A stretch of 64,000 nt of DNA from assembly GCA_040220235.1 (NCBI GenBank), contig JAVJTO010000011.1; one strand, written 5' to 3'. This DNA comes from Coleofasciculus sp. B1-GNL1-01. GTDB taxonomy: Bacteria > Cyanobacteriota > Cyanobacteriia > Cyanobacteriales > Coleofasciculaceae. Positions within the stretch are counted from its first letter, which is position 1, and each line of letters starts with the position of its first letter. This document shows positions 1-10,193 of this stretch, one piece after another. The position numbers and the translations under genes were made by a program. The notes under the pieces are model-generated. The model was not told where the DNA came from, searched no databases, and worked only from the letters and a program-made list of their open reading frames with translations.

Positions 1-45
1 TTCCAAATCCTTACCAGGTGAGTAGGGGCGCACCGATGTGCAGCC

Positions 46-234
46 GTGTCAACTTAAGGTAGAAAACCAATGCTGGCAAGGTGTTAAACCGTGTCTATCT
101 ACTCCTCAACATTTTCCCCCGCATCCCCTAACCCCATCACCCACCCTGGGGAGAAGGGGAACCAGACACGCTTACTCCCCTCACCCCGGCGTGGGAGAGG
201 GGCTGGGGGTGTGGGGTTTAGCTTAAGCTGACAC
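46..234. mobile_element. MITE-like element with 13-bp imperfect terminal inverted repeats, within a GTAGGGGCG...CGCCCCTAC REP context
   Basis: GTGTCAACTTAAG (46-58) and CTTAAGCTGACAC (222-234) are inverted with 12/13 matches; GC-rich internal hairpins; REP halves at 22-30 and ~250-258. Confidence 0.6.
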
Positions 235-314
235 TAATGGCAAGCCTTGCGCCCCTACAATTCTAATCCACCAAATAAGGTGTGCCAGCCGAACCACGCT
301 GTCAATCACCTGGC

Positions 315-791
315 TCAACAATCATCCCGATAAAATCGGTAAAATGAATAATCATCTTGAAAGGGATAATCATCAATCACATGATGAATAATACCCCTAT
401 CAATCAACATTTGCCCAATACAAATCGCCTCCTGTCGAGACCCCTGAATCCGTTGTGCTAACCATTCCACCGCTTCCGCACCAATGAAACATTGTGGATA
501 AACATTTCCCCGATAACGGCGGTCTTTTATTTCCACCCCATCTGTCCCCCGCATCGCGGCAACTAAAGCCTCAAGTTCTTTCTGCGTCAGCGTTTTAGCT
601 GAAGTGATTGTCTGAGAACCTGATCCGGACATCTCCGTCGTAGCCGCGAGGGAATCTTGGGATTGAGCCGGGGAGGTAGGGTTAGATTGATTCCCATTTG
701 TCGGCTCAATTGTTCGCGGCGAAGAGGTCGATGCATCCCGATATATTAACCGATTAAATATTTCTTCAAGTTGAGGCGATCGCAGCCTCAA
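315..791 (-). CDS. DEP-domain protein, probably the 3' remnant of a larger (MscS-DEP-like) gene
   Basis: C-terminal IKDRRYRGNVYPQCFIGAEAVEWL...QEAICIGQMLIDRGIIHHV...FYRF is a DEP signature; weak TTG start just upstream of a HIP1 site. Confidence 0.7.
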   Translation of the reverse strand: MRLRSPQLEEIFNRLIYRDASTSSPRTIEPTNGNQSNPTSPAQSQDSLAATTEMSGSGSQTITSAKTLTQKELEALVAAMRGTDGVEIKDRRYRGNVYPQCFIGAEAVEWLAQRIQGSRQEAICIGQMLIDRGIIHHVIDDYPFQDDYSFYRFYRDDC

Positions 792-794
792 GCA

Positions 795-827
795 AGATCC
801 CCGACTTCTTGGAGAAGTCGGGGATCT
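795..827. repeat. Palindromic dispersed repeat AGATCCCCGACTTCT-TGG-AGAAGTCGGGGATCT
   Basis: Perfect 15-bp stem; related copy at ~62785-62813. Confidence 0.75.
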
Positions 828-854
828 GTCTGTAGAGCGAAGCCGAAGGGTTAA

Positions 855-2273
855 TCAAAACTCAAAACTTTCCTTCCCTGTCCCCTGATGCACCGTTTTC
901 ACCCATTTCAATCGCTTGGGACGCACAGACATGCGAGCGGTTGTAGCTGACATCACCAGCATCCAATGCATCATATAAAGAACACCGCGCACTGTTTGCA
1001 AAACATTGAGAAATAAACTGCCAATTGTCAACGGTTCATCCCGTTGAATCCGACGCAATCCCGTAAACATGGCAATGAAAGACAAGACAAGAGTCAATCC
1101 GGTAATCGGACTATACAGAGGCAAACGAGAACGAAGCAACGCCATTAAACAATCCGGTATAGCCGCCGTTGGCAATAGGTACTGAATAATTAAAAATGAG
1201 AATAAATCGATGGTTTTGCTCAAACCCAAACGATTACTAGCAATCAAACGCCAGTAGTCTAAATAACGCTGATATCCCCCCTCTGCCCAACGACTCCGCT
1301 GATGCCATAGAGATAGGGCGCTTGTCACACCTTCTTCATCCACGCCAGGAAATTCGAGGAAACGAATATCCCATCGATCCAGATGCAGGCGTATCGTTAA
1401 ATCCAGATCATCGGTAATCGTTTGCTCATTCCAGCCGCCACAGCGTTCTAATGCCGCACGGCGCACAAACTGACCATTTCCCCGCAGTTCACCAATCCCA
1501 CCAATGGCAGTCCGTTGGTTTTGGAAATAGCTATCCAGCGCCATTTCTGCCATCTGTCCTTTTGTCCAGAAATTCAGACGCGCATTCGCGATCGCTTTTC
1601 GCACTTGTACCGCGCCAACTCTCGACTGCTTAAAGATGGGTAGCACTCGCCGCAGTAGATCTTGAGTGATATGGGCATCGGCATCAAAGACACCAATCAC
1701 GTCCCCTTTTGTCAAGGGTAATACTTGATTTAATGCCCCCGATTTACCGCCTGTGGCGTTAGCATCGCGATGAAATACGTTTAACTGATCGTATTCTGCC
1801 GCCAGTTGATCTAAAAGGATTGGGGTTTTATCGGTACTGTGATCATTAATTACCCAGAGTTCGCAGCGTTCCTGGGGATAATCTAAGTTACACAGCATCC
1901 TCACTAAGTTCTGAATCACCGCCTCTTCATTCTTAGCCGCTACCAGTAAGGACACAAACGGAAAATCCGCCGGATTCTCCCCCTGTAGCGGTTTTGGCAC
2001 TCGGATCGGTCGCGCCACTAATACCCGGATCGCCTGAATCCCTAACAGTGCGGTTAACCCAAAGACTAACCAATACCCCCAGGACAGCAGATGCAGAGTG
2101 ATCGTCCCGCCCCAAATCAGGGTCAGCGCCAACGCCGCTTTGCGTCGTCGCCCTTCGAGTCCCTGAAAGAAAAAGTCGCTCTCAAAATCATCTTCAGACC
2201 ACTCAGACAGCAGAGAGCTAAGGGAATCAAGCTCACTGCTATGATTATTCTCTGTCCAGGAGTTCTCTGGCAT
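855..2273 (-). CDS. mgdA: Monoglucosyldiacylglycerol synthase (GT2)
   Basis: GT2 motifs FDAD, TDDLD and QRSRW with flanking transmembrane helices; divergent from the epimerase; start placed at MPENSW (ATG 2273). Confidence 0.85.
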   Translation of the reverse strand: MPENSWTENNHSSELDSLSSLLSEWSEDDFESDFFFQGLEGRRRKAALALTLIWGGTITLHLLSWGYWLVFGLTALLGIQAIRVLVARPIRVPKPLQGENPADFPFVSLLVAAKNEEAVIQNLVRMLCNLDYPQERCELWVINDHSTDKTPILLDQLAAEYDQLNVFHRDANATGGKSGALNQVLPLTKGDVIGVFDADAHITQDLLRRVLPIFKQSRVGAVQVRKAIANARLNFWTKGQMAEMALDSYFQNQRTAIGGIGELRGNGQFVRRAALERCGGWNEQTITDDLDLTIRLHLDRWDIRFLEFPGVDEEGVTSALSLWHQRSRWAEGGYQRYLDYWRLIASNRLGLSKTIDLFSFLIIQYLLPTAAIPDCLMALLRSRLPLYSPITGLTLVLSFIAMFTGLRRIQRDEPLTIGSLFLNVLQTVRGVLYMMHWMLVMSATTARMSVRPKRLKWVKTVHQGTGKESFEF

Positions 2274-2408
2274 ACGCTCCTTGATTTCTCCACCCACGCA
2301 AATTGTATCTAATTGTATCTTATTTCGTTAATTTTTTTATACTTTGAGGAGTATGCTCTAGTATTTTAACGTTTGCTGGTTCTGCATGGGTGAGGATATA
2401 GCGTTTGT

Positions 2409-3647
2409 ATGGTGATATCGTTTCTGAGTACAGCAGCATGGGGACTGGGTTCTGTTCTCTGGGTGGAACTAATCCGCGACTTCTATCACGTCTTGTCCCA
2501 TCATTGGACACCGTTATATCGGTTGCACGTTTGGCACCATCGGGTGTTCAAACCGGATTTAACCCCGGTGAGTGAGCAAATTTATCGCCAAGCCCATTGG
2601 TACAATGATTTACCCGAATCCCTGGTGATGTTGCTGTTTAGCCTCGGGCTGTGGGGAATCGCCTATGTCTGGAGTGAACCCCATTGGGCGGCGTTGGCGG
2701 GGGTTGTCTATACGTTAAGCTTTTTAGGAAGTGCGATCGCGCGAGGGAGTGGACTCGCTGGTGCAGATGAACTAACCGACTTAACCCATCGTCCAGGACC
2801 ATTCTTTAGTCCCCCCTCAAACTGGACAGTCAATCGCCCCTATCATTGGCGACATCACTTTGATAACCAAAAGGCGTATTATTGTGGCACATTGACCTTC
2901 GTCGATAAACTTATGGGTACCGCGCTATCCCTGAAAGGTAAAACAGTAGCCGTTACTGGGGCGTCTGGCACATTGGGGCGATCGCTATTGTATCAGTTGC
3001 ACCAGCGAGGGGCTAAAGTTATCGGGTTAACCTCAAAGTCAGACCCGATTATTTTAACCGCAGCGGGTGAACCGCTATCGGTGAAAACGATTACCTGGCA
3101 AGTGGGACAGGAATCTGAGATTGCGGCTGAGTTAGAATCCGTTGATATATTGATTCTCAATCATGGGATTAACGTCCATGGAGAAAGAACCGCTGACGCG
3201 ATCGCCAAATCTTATGAGGTGAATACATTCTCCAGTTGGCGGTTATTAGAATTATTTTTACAGACAGTTCGCACCAATCAAGATATTGCCCGCAAGGAAG
3301 TCTGGGTGAATACCTCAGAAGCCGAAGTCAGTCCCGCCGTCAGTCCTCTGTATGAATTAAGCAAACGGGCATTAGGGGATTTCGTCACATTACGCCGTCT
3401 CGATGCGCCTTGTGTAATCCGCAAACTGATTTTAGGACCATTTAAGAGTAATTTGAATCCCATTGGCATTATGTCGGCGGATTGGGTGGCAAAACAAATT
3501 GTTAATTTAGCGGTGCGAGATGTCCGGAATATTATCGTTACGATTAATCCGCTAACGTTTTTGGCATTTCCGATTAAAGAGTTTTTTGTCAGCCTGTATT
3601 TCCGACTCTTTAGTCACAAGGCGTCAGAATCATCAGTTAAAGAATAA
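2409..3647 (+). CDS. mgdE: Monoglucosyldiacylglycerol epimerase (sterol desaturase-like plus SDR domains)
   Basis: His boxes HVWHH and HWRHH; SDR motifs TGASGTLG and YELSK; adjacent to mgdA. Confidence 0.85.
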   Translation: MVISFLSTAAWGLGSVLWVELIRDFYHVLSHHWTPLYRLHVWHHRVFKPDLTPVSEQIYRQAHWYNDLPESLVMLLFSLGLWGIAYVWSEPHWAALAGVVYTLSFLGSAIARGSGLAGADELTDLTHRPGPFFSPPSNWTVNRPYHWRHHFDNQKAYYCGTLTFVDKLMGTALSLKGKTVAVTGASGTLGRSLLYQLHQRGAKVIGLTSKSDPIILTAAGEPLSVKTITWQVGQESEIAAELESVDILILNHGINVHGERTADAIAKSYEVNTFSSWRLLELFLQTVRTNQDIARKEVWVNTSEAEVSPAVSPLYELSKRALGDFVTLRRLDAPCVIRKLILGPFKSNLNPIGIMSADWVAKQIVNLAVRDVRNIIVTINPLTFLAFPIKEFFVSLYFRLFSHKASESSVKE

Positions 3648-3678
3648 CGTCCCTATTCCTTTTGAAAAAACACCAGTT

Positions 3679-3930
3679 AGTAGGGGCGACCCGCTTGCAT
3701 CAATTAAAAACTGTGTCCACTCAATTTTGTCGGGTCGCCCTTTACTCAATTTCCGCTTGTTGTTTTAGATTTTACGTAGTATTTCCGTAGGGTGCGTTAG
3801 GCGTAATTGATGATCATCATGAGCGGGTTAATTTGAATGTCGCCGTAACGCACCATGATTGCATCCGAACAAAATACCGTTAAATCGGGCGCACGTCGGT
3901 TAAATCGGGCGCACGTCGGTGCGCCCCTAC
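3679..3930. repeat. Cluster of REP-like palindromes and a 20-bp tandem duplication
   Basis: GTAGGGGCGACCCG...CGGGTCGCCC; GTAGGGTGCGTTA...TAACGCACC; TTAAATCGGGCGCACGTCGG twice, followed by TGCGCCCCTAC. Confidence 0.75.
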
Positions 3931-3933
3931 GGT

Positions 3934-5202
3934 TCATGTATCCTTAAAAAGGAAATCGCGCAATTGCTGACCTACTGCCTCTAGAGAGAAGCTCATTTCT
4001 ACTCGATGTCGGGCACGTTTCCCCAACTCACACCGCCATGCGGGATCATCAAGAACCCGACCCAGAGCCAGTACTAGAGCGGTTGCGTCTTCGCGAGGGA
4101 CAACCAGTCCCCCTGATAACTCACCCTTCTCCAGAATATCGGGTACACCGGGCGCATCAGTCGCCACAACGGGCAAACCACAAGCCATTGCTTCTAGGGG
4201 AGCAACCGGGAACCCTTCATGACGAGAGGGGAGAGTGTAGAGATCAGCCGCCGCCAGATAGTTCCGGATAGCCCTGCGGTCAAGGATATACTCATTGATC
4301 CAAACTACACCGGGTAACTGCATTTGGGCAATCCGTTGGCGTAGTTGATCCGCATCGCTACCGGTGCCAACCAGGAGTAGCCGCAAGTCTCGTGCTGGGC
4401 GATCGCGACATACCTGTTCCCAAGCCGTAGTTAGGATATCGAGTCCCTTACGACGCAGGTCAATTCGCCCATGCCAAACCACTACCTCAGCCTCTGGTGG
4501 GATGCCTAGGGCGGTTCTGGTGGTCACGCGATCGCCCTCATCCCATATACTCAGGTCTAATGGGTTGAAAATCTGGGCTATCTTGCTGGATGGTACACCA
4601 TAGCGAGACTGCACTCGCTGGACTTCCGTCTGGGGGGCGATAATTAAACCCGCACAAGCTTGCATGGAAAATGGACGCAGGGGATATTCAAGGCGACTCA
4701 TCTGGAAGTCTCCTCCTTGAAACGTGGCAAACACAGGTAAGCCGATTAACTGCCCTAACAGGACACACATATCAAAGCGGGCATATTCGTATTCTTGACA
4801 TAAAATTGCCTGACAGCCTTCCTGTCGTAGTTCGTGGGCGAGTATCCTCAAGGGCGTGGCTAGGTAAGGGGCGATATCTCGCCTTACGGCTGATAGTAGG
4901 TAACTAACACCTCGAACCATGGGGCGGTGGATGGCGCGATAGCGTTTAGGGGCAGGCAGTACACAAATCGTTGCACCTGTGGGTAAGTGGGTATAGCGTG
5001 TCGGTGTACTCACCTGGGCGGAAACACAGAATAATACTGTCCGCACGCCAGCAAGTTGCAAGGCGTCGATGTAACCGAACATCCAGCCACCGGTCATTTC
5101 CTTACAGAATCCCTCGAAGGAGATGCCGATGCTATCGAGAAAATCTTCAATTAGATCGCCCCAATGCAGTAATGCGATCGCGGCTTTGGATTGGGTGTTC
5201 AT
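3934..5202 (-). CDS. Glycosyltransferase family 4
   Basis: GT-B motif PSRHEGFPVAPLEAMACGLPVVAT. Confidence 0.9.
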   Translation of the reverse strand: MNTQSKAAIALLHWGDLIEDFLDSIGISFEGFCKEMTGGWMFGYIDALQLAGVRTVLFCVSAQVSTPTRYTHLPTGATICVLPAPKRYRAIHRPMVRGVSYLLSAVRRDIAPYLATPLRILAHELRQEGCQAILCQEYEYARFDMCVLLGQLIGLPVFATFQGGDFQMSRLEYPLRPFSMQACAGLIIAPQTEVQRVQSRYGVPSSKIAQIFNPLDLSIWDEGDRVTTRTALGIPPEAEVVVWHGRIDLRRKGLDILTTAWEQVCRDRPARDLRLLLVGTGSDADQLRQRIAQMQLPGVVWINEYILDRRAIRNYLAAADLYTLPSRHEGFPVAPLEAMACGLPVVATDAPGVPDILEKGELSGGLVVPREDATALVLALGRVLDDPAWRCELGKRARHRVEMSFSLEAVGQQLRDFLFKDT

Positions 5203-5283
5203 TTGGCAAAGCCTCCATTCACTCACGGTTATGGGCTTTCATCCGGTCAAGTAGCAGGGGTAGTCGCACAACTGATAGCGCAT

Positions 5284-6912
5284 TCATGGGGAGACAGAAA
5301 GCTGAGTTTGTTTTTCTGGAGTAAGAATGCGATAAATGAACCAGTCTGGGCTTTCTTGCTTCAGTTCACAGGTGTGTTCGATATGCTCAGCCAGCATTGG
5401 GTGATGATTCCAGATCCGCTTTTTGTGCCGATTAACAATACCTAGCCAGTCCGCACCCTGATTTTGCAGTTCATTGAATAATCGGATCGCTTCTTGATCA
5501 TCTTCAGGGAGTTCACCCCAAGCTTTATCGGGTTCAGCAGGTGGAAATACCCATCCCCGCCTTCGGCTATAGTAAATTGCAACCGGATCGCCCAAATCAT
5601 TTGCCATAGTAATCACAAGTTCCTCAGGTGGGGATACCTCTCGCAGAGCAAGTCCAAGGGTATAACTTTCTTGAGCGTAGGGATGGTATATCCACCTCAA
5701 ATTCCAATGAGCAAATCCACCAATGCTCAGTAGTATGACGACTATAGTTACGAGTGAAGCAGCCGACGCGGAAGGTACTGCAAGTCGAGAACGCGCTATT
5801 CGGTTGGTGAAGGCTGCGATCGCGATAATTGCATTCCCGGCTAGTGCTGCGGCTGCAGGGTTTATCAGGTGAAGGTTCCAGGGATTGCCAACCAGCTCCT
5901 TGGCTCCAATCAGGTAATAAATAGCAAAAGCTATCATCCACCAATGAAATAACCATGGAGCTTTTTGTAAGTCACCTACTGAGTGTTGATCAGAGTCCGC
6001 TTTCTCATGGGGGGGATGAATAAATAAACCAAAAAACACAAGAACGATTATCGGTTCCGTCCACATCCAGCCATTGAGATGTCGCCCCAGTTGGAGCAAA
6101 AAGAATTTTTCGTTGAACCAATTTTCTAACCCATAGTCCCACAGCCAATTTCCAGAACCTGCAAAATGATAGGGGGGATAGGACAGGGAAAGATGTCTTG
6201 CCCAAAGGTAATACGTGATAACGGGTAAGAGTGTGATCACCGCAGCAACACCAATCGTGACTAGCTTCTTTGGATGCAACATCCGCTTGCGACTGAGAAT
6301 TGTCAGCATTGCGTACAGCATGGGAATGCCGATAATTAAGCCGGGGATTTTCGTTAAGAAGCCCAAAATACCGAATAAACTTGCAAGTATTAGATAGCGC
6401 AGGCGTTCGGTTTGGCAGTAAGCCACCAACATCCAGACACTGGTTGTGACTAAAGCAACCATTGCCGGATCAGGGAGGAATGAGCGTTCAACGAAAACGC
6501 TTCCTGGTAACAGCGCCATAACCGCAGCACTGACGAGGGCATGTTCTTCATTCCACAGGCGACGGACAAGTTTGTAGAGGGCAAAAATACCCCACAAGCC
6601 AAACATTACAGCGATACTACGCCCAACCCAATCTTGTTGACCGACAATTGTATAAAGTAGCGCAGCAAGGTAGGTTACAGTTTGGAATTCACGTCCTTGG
6701 TAGTTTGGACCAGGACCCGTCCAATTCACCTCTGGGTAGAAGATATTCCAATTACGGCGATAGAAATTTTCCGCCATCATCGCTGTACTAGCCTGTCGCC
6801 AACTGAACATATCCGTGAAGGGTTGGCTAATGTGATTAAACCGTAGAATTGCTGCCGTAATCAGGATTGCCAGAAGCAGATACGTTGTCGTGCGGGAACC
6901 AGTTATTTTCAT
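5284..6912 (-). CDS. Membrane glycosyltransferase, GT39/ArnT/PMT-like
   Basis: Polytopic hydrophobic profile; N-terminal loop WRQASTAMMAENF; located in the GT cluster. Confidence 0.75.
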   Translation of the reverse strand: MKITGSRTTTYLLLAILITAAILRFNHISQPFTDMFSWRQASTAMMAENFYRRNWNIFYPEVNWTGPGPNYQGREFQTVTYLAALLYTIVGQQDWVGRSIAVMFGLWGIFALYKLVRRLWNEEHALVSAAVMALLPGSVFVERSFLPDPAMVALVTTSVWMLVAYCQTERLRYLILASLFGILGFLTKIPGLIIGIPMLYAMLTILSRKRMLHPKKLVTIGVAAVITLLPVITYYLWARHLSLSYPPYHFAGSGNWLWDYGLENWFNEKFFLLQLGRHLNGWMWTEPIIVLVFFGLFIHPPHEKADSDQHSVGDLQKAPWLFHWWMIAFAIYYLIGAKELVGNPWNLHLINPAAAALAGNAIIAIAAFTNRIARSRLAVPSASAASLVTIVVILLSIGGFAHWNLRWIYHPYAQESYTLGLALREVSPPEELVITMANDLGDPVAIYYSRRRGWVFPPAEPDKAWGELPEDDQEAIRLFNELQNQGADWLGIVNRHKKRIWNHHPMLAEHIEHTCELKQESPDWFIYRILTPEKQTQLSVSP

Positions 6913-6944
6913 TGCACACCCTTAAGCTTTATCGTAGTATTTTA

Positions 6945-8087
6945 TTAGTTTGAATATTTTTCTAGTATTGGATATGGATTAAAATTACCATCTTCATCAC
7001 TCCGCAACCATTCAGAGTTATTAGGAATCTCATGCCACCAAGGATATTTAGCAATTTTAATGCCACGAGAAATGATACCTGCTTTATAAGAGAAAGAACT
7101 TGGACTGAGGATGAGGATATCTGCGACGACCATACTATGAAATGTTTTGAATTGATTTTCATTGAGATGATAAACAACATTATTGAGTTGATCAAATTCT
7201 TGGAAATTGTCTTTTACACCTTGCGAAAATATATGGATGTAACATGTTTTATCTGGTAGCCAGGTTTTAATTGTATTGACTACTTCTATAAAGTAATAAT
7301 TTTCTAACCATCTTTTGCGGAGATTAACATTTTCATCATTGGTCGTTACGATATCTCCTCTCCTGACATGGCAAGCAATATTTAATCCATCGTCTTTAAA
7401 ATCGCACTCAACGGGATTTTTGCCTCTGGTGTTCCAATATTTTCGTCTCAGAATTTCTGAACTGGGCGTATGATCATAAACATTAGGAGCTGTGCAATCA
7501 CTCTGTAGCTGAAAGAGAATATGACTACCCGGATAGGCAGACTTTATAATTTCACCGATAACATACTGTCCATAATCATCTTCTTTAATCCATCGCACTC
7601 TCGGCAATTTGACTATTTTGACTGTTTGATCCTTGATAATTTCATCGTAGACTACTTCTCCGTCACCAAAATTAAAAAATTCTTCCCAATTGTAGCCTCC
7701 AGCCGTCACAAGAGGTTGATGAACAAATTTGAGATCATATTTCATCGAATAAATCAAAGCCGCATTCCAGTTGGACAGTTGATGTCCCATTCCTGCCAGT
7801 GGATCTGGACGCCCTGTCAAGTAACGTCTCTGGCTATTCTTTAAATGAGACTCTGGATGCCAAAGTCCCAAGTTTTTTAGGGATTTTGTCAGTACATAAC
7901 GCCAATATGAAGGATAAATCCAAAATCTAAAAGGGGTATAATTAATCAGGGGTTCTGGAATGCCATAATCATTGTTTCGCAAATATAAAAATTTCCCTTT
8001 TATATCCCTGAGCAAATACTTTATTCCCTCTCTTGAAAGGTAATATTTTAAAGTAAACAGAGGTTTAATAATCTTTTTAATATCCAT
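6945..8087 (-). CDS. Putative fucosyltransferase-like glycosyltransferase (AT-rich)
   Basis: Motifs GMGHQL, HVRRGD and ADILILSPSSFSY resemble GDP-fucose-binding motifs of GT11/GT23. Confidence 0.55.
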   Translation of the reverse strand: MDIKKIIKPLFTLKYYLSREGIKYLLRDIKGKFLYLRNNDYGIPEPLINYTPFRFWIYPSYWRYVLTKSLKNLGLWHPESHLKNSQRRYLTGRPDPLAGMGHQLSNWNAALIYSMKYDLKFVHQPLVTAGGYNWEEFFNFGDGEVVYDEIIKDQTVKIVKLPRVRWIKEDDYGQYVIGEIIKSAYPGSHILFQLQSDCTAPNVYDHTPSSEILRRKYWNTRGKNPVECDFKDDGLNIACHVRRGDIVTTNDENVNLRKRWLENYYFIEVVNTIKTWLPDKTCYIHIFSQGVKDNFQEFDQLNNVVYHLNENQFKTFHSMVVADILILSPSSFSYKAGIISRGIKIAKYPWWHEIPNNSEWLRSDEDGNFNPYPILEKYSN

Positions 8088-8136
8088 GATTTATTTAATT
8101 TATAAAATACTATATGAAACCATAAATCAATAATAA

Positions 8137-9312
8137 TCACAAGAATTTACTGATTTTATTAACAACCTTATTGTCACATGAATTTAAGTTAATAATCAGT
8201 GACGGTTGGTTGCTTTTACGGAAAAAATTATGCACCCAATATGCAAATCCTCCTGAAGTTATAATTAATATATCTGCACAAACTATTGCATGAATACTTT
8301 GAAAAAGATTTTGTTTTGATTCACCAACTACAAGAGAAATATTTGAAAAGCGTAAAAAATCATTGAATTCTTTACTTAGTGCTTTTTTTGTTTTATGCAG
8401 TTGCTTTAAATCATTTAGGTTTAGCTTTATTTTGCCTCTAACCATCGCCCATATAATAGTAAAAAATGTTCTTTGATAACCATCAGAAAGTACTTGTACA
8501 GAAAAATACTCTTCTCCGTATTTATTAAATATTTCTTGAATAAGATTATAAGCTTTAGTAGTATCCATTAGGCTTTGTTTCAATTCGTCTCTATAATCTG
8601 TACTATCAATCACTTTTATTGATGATGCAAATACTGAAACTAATTTACCATTTAAATTGATACAGGTTCTGTCGCCTTTTCTAATATGTAATGTTATCTT
8701 GACTTTTGAATTATCAATAGAAAATTTACCAGAAAATTTTTCTTTGGCTTTCCAGTATTTTTCTGGAAGCTTCAATTTTTTAATTGTACTATCATCTAAA
8801 TTGGCACTGCGTACTATCTGCTCTATCTTCGATTCAAATTTATAGATGCCTTTAGTTACAAAAGAATAGATTTTTTCTTTTGAATATAAACCAAAATATT
8901 CAATACATTTTTTTAAATCGGATGTGGAATTTATTTTATCATCTTTTAAGATTTCATCTATATTTATTTCTACTATATTACATAACTCGAATTGTTGGTC
9001 GCTTATATTTAATTCATGCTTGTCTAAACCAATAAATTCAATAAGTTTATCTGTCGATGAGCTGTTAATAGATGTAAATTTATTAAGAATACTTTTTGAC
9101 TTTTCAATGACTGTTTCAAAATAACCTACATTATAACTTCTAGGACATTTAAATGGCGTATGAACGTAAGTATAAGATAAAGCGATACCAAGGGTGTATA
9201 ATTTTGATAGATGCCATAGTTGGTCAGAGAGTCCTACTTGCTCCGGTAATTTTACGGTAAAAAAGGTTTCATCTACTTTTTGAGAATCTAAATTAAGGCT
9301 CTGTTCATTCAC
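8137..9312 (-). CDS. Putative fucosyltransferase-like glycosyltransferase (very AT-rich)
   Basis: Motifs GLSDQL, HIRKGD and ADILIITSGGFAY; paralogous to the neighbouring gene. Confidence 0.5.
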   Translation of the reverse strand: MNEQSLNLDSQKVDETFFTVKLPEQVGLSDQLWHLSKLYTLGIALSYTYVHTPFKCPRSYNVGYFETVIEKSKSILNKFTSINSSSTDKLIEFIGLDKHELNISDQQFELCNIVEINIDEILKDDKINSTSDLKKCIEYFGLYSKEKIYSFVTKGIYKFESKIEQIVRSANLDDSTIKKLKLPEKYWKAKEKFSGKFSIDNSKVKITLHIRKGDRTCINLNGKLVSVFASSIKVIDSTDYRDELKQSLMDTTKAYNLIQEIFNKYGEEYFSVQVLSDGYQRTFFTIIWAMVRGKIKLNLNDLKQLHKTKKALSKEFNDFLRFSNISLVVGESKQNLFQSIHAIVCADILIITSGGFAYWVHNFFRKSNQPSLIINLNSCDNKVVNKISKFL

Positions 9313-9424
9313 TTGGTTATTTTATTGTAACTGTTTTTGTTCTGTAATATTTTTATATACCCTATCTATTATTAGAGCAAATAACTCTAGCTTACATTGT
9401 AAATTTTGTACATTGTACATTTTT

Positions 9425-10159
9425 TTATTTCTGCCAAGCCGATGCGGTTTCTGTACCCATAGATTCAGGCTTGTGTAGGGTGTAACTTAACCAGGTAATG
9501 GGACTGAGCAAAGCACAAATAAACTCACGATTCAGAGGGGATAAATGGGAGAATGCAATATCATGGCATAGCACAGTGGTTGGATTAATAAAGGTAGCAT
9601 AACTTTGACAGGATAAACCAATCAGCTTCTTCAGTTCATCTAAAGTGTAGCCACGTCGGACATGACCCCATTCAGCCATGACATCAGTATCACTAGGGCA
9701 AATAGGTTTCATAAATTCGTAGTAAGGAAATCGCCAGTTTTCGTTGGGAGTGCTGATTAAGAGAAAACCGCCTGCTCGCACTACTCGCAATGCTTCTGAT
9801 ACAGCTTTTTCATGCGCTTGAATATGTTCTAAAACATCGAACATGGTGACAGCATCAAATGAATTATCATTAAACGGTAGCGCTGTAGCGTCTCCACAAA
9901 CAAAACTAACTCGTTCCTGTTGATTGCAGGGAGCATTAGCATGGTCAGGATTTAGGTCTAGGTTTGTGACTTTGGTTTGGGGGTATAACAAAGCAGTCAA
10001 ACCACTCTGACCCCCACCTATTTCGAGAATATTTTGAAAATTTTGTTCTGGAGCAATGCGATAAATAGCACGCATTTTTTCCCGGTAGAAAAAGCCCTGA
10101 GTTAGGGGACGAGAAAAAGGATTTTTCGACAAAAAATGATTGATTTGAGCTTTGTACAT
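9425..10159 (-). CDS. Class I SAM-dependent methyltransferase
   Basis: ILEIGGGQSG, GDATALPF, FDAVTMFDVLEH. Confidence 0.9.
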   Translation of the reverse strand: MYKAQINHFLSKNPFSRPLTQGFFYREKMRAIYRIAPEQNFQNILEIGGGQSGLTALLYPQTKVTNLDLNPDHANAPCNQQERVSFVCGDATALPFNDNSFDAVTMFDVLEHIQAHEKAVSEALRVVRAGGFLLISTPNENWRFPYYEFMKPICPSDTDVMAEWGHVRRGYTLDELKKLIGLSCQSYATFINPTTVLCHDIAFSHLSPLNREFICALLSPITWLSYTLHKPESMGTETASAWQK

Positions 10160-10193
10160 AGCTAAGATTTAAAATTACAGTATGAACGGGTAA

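Noticed and set aside
38..226. 62-aa ORF
   Set aside because: Translation of a MITE/palindromic repeat
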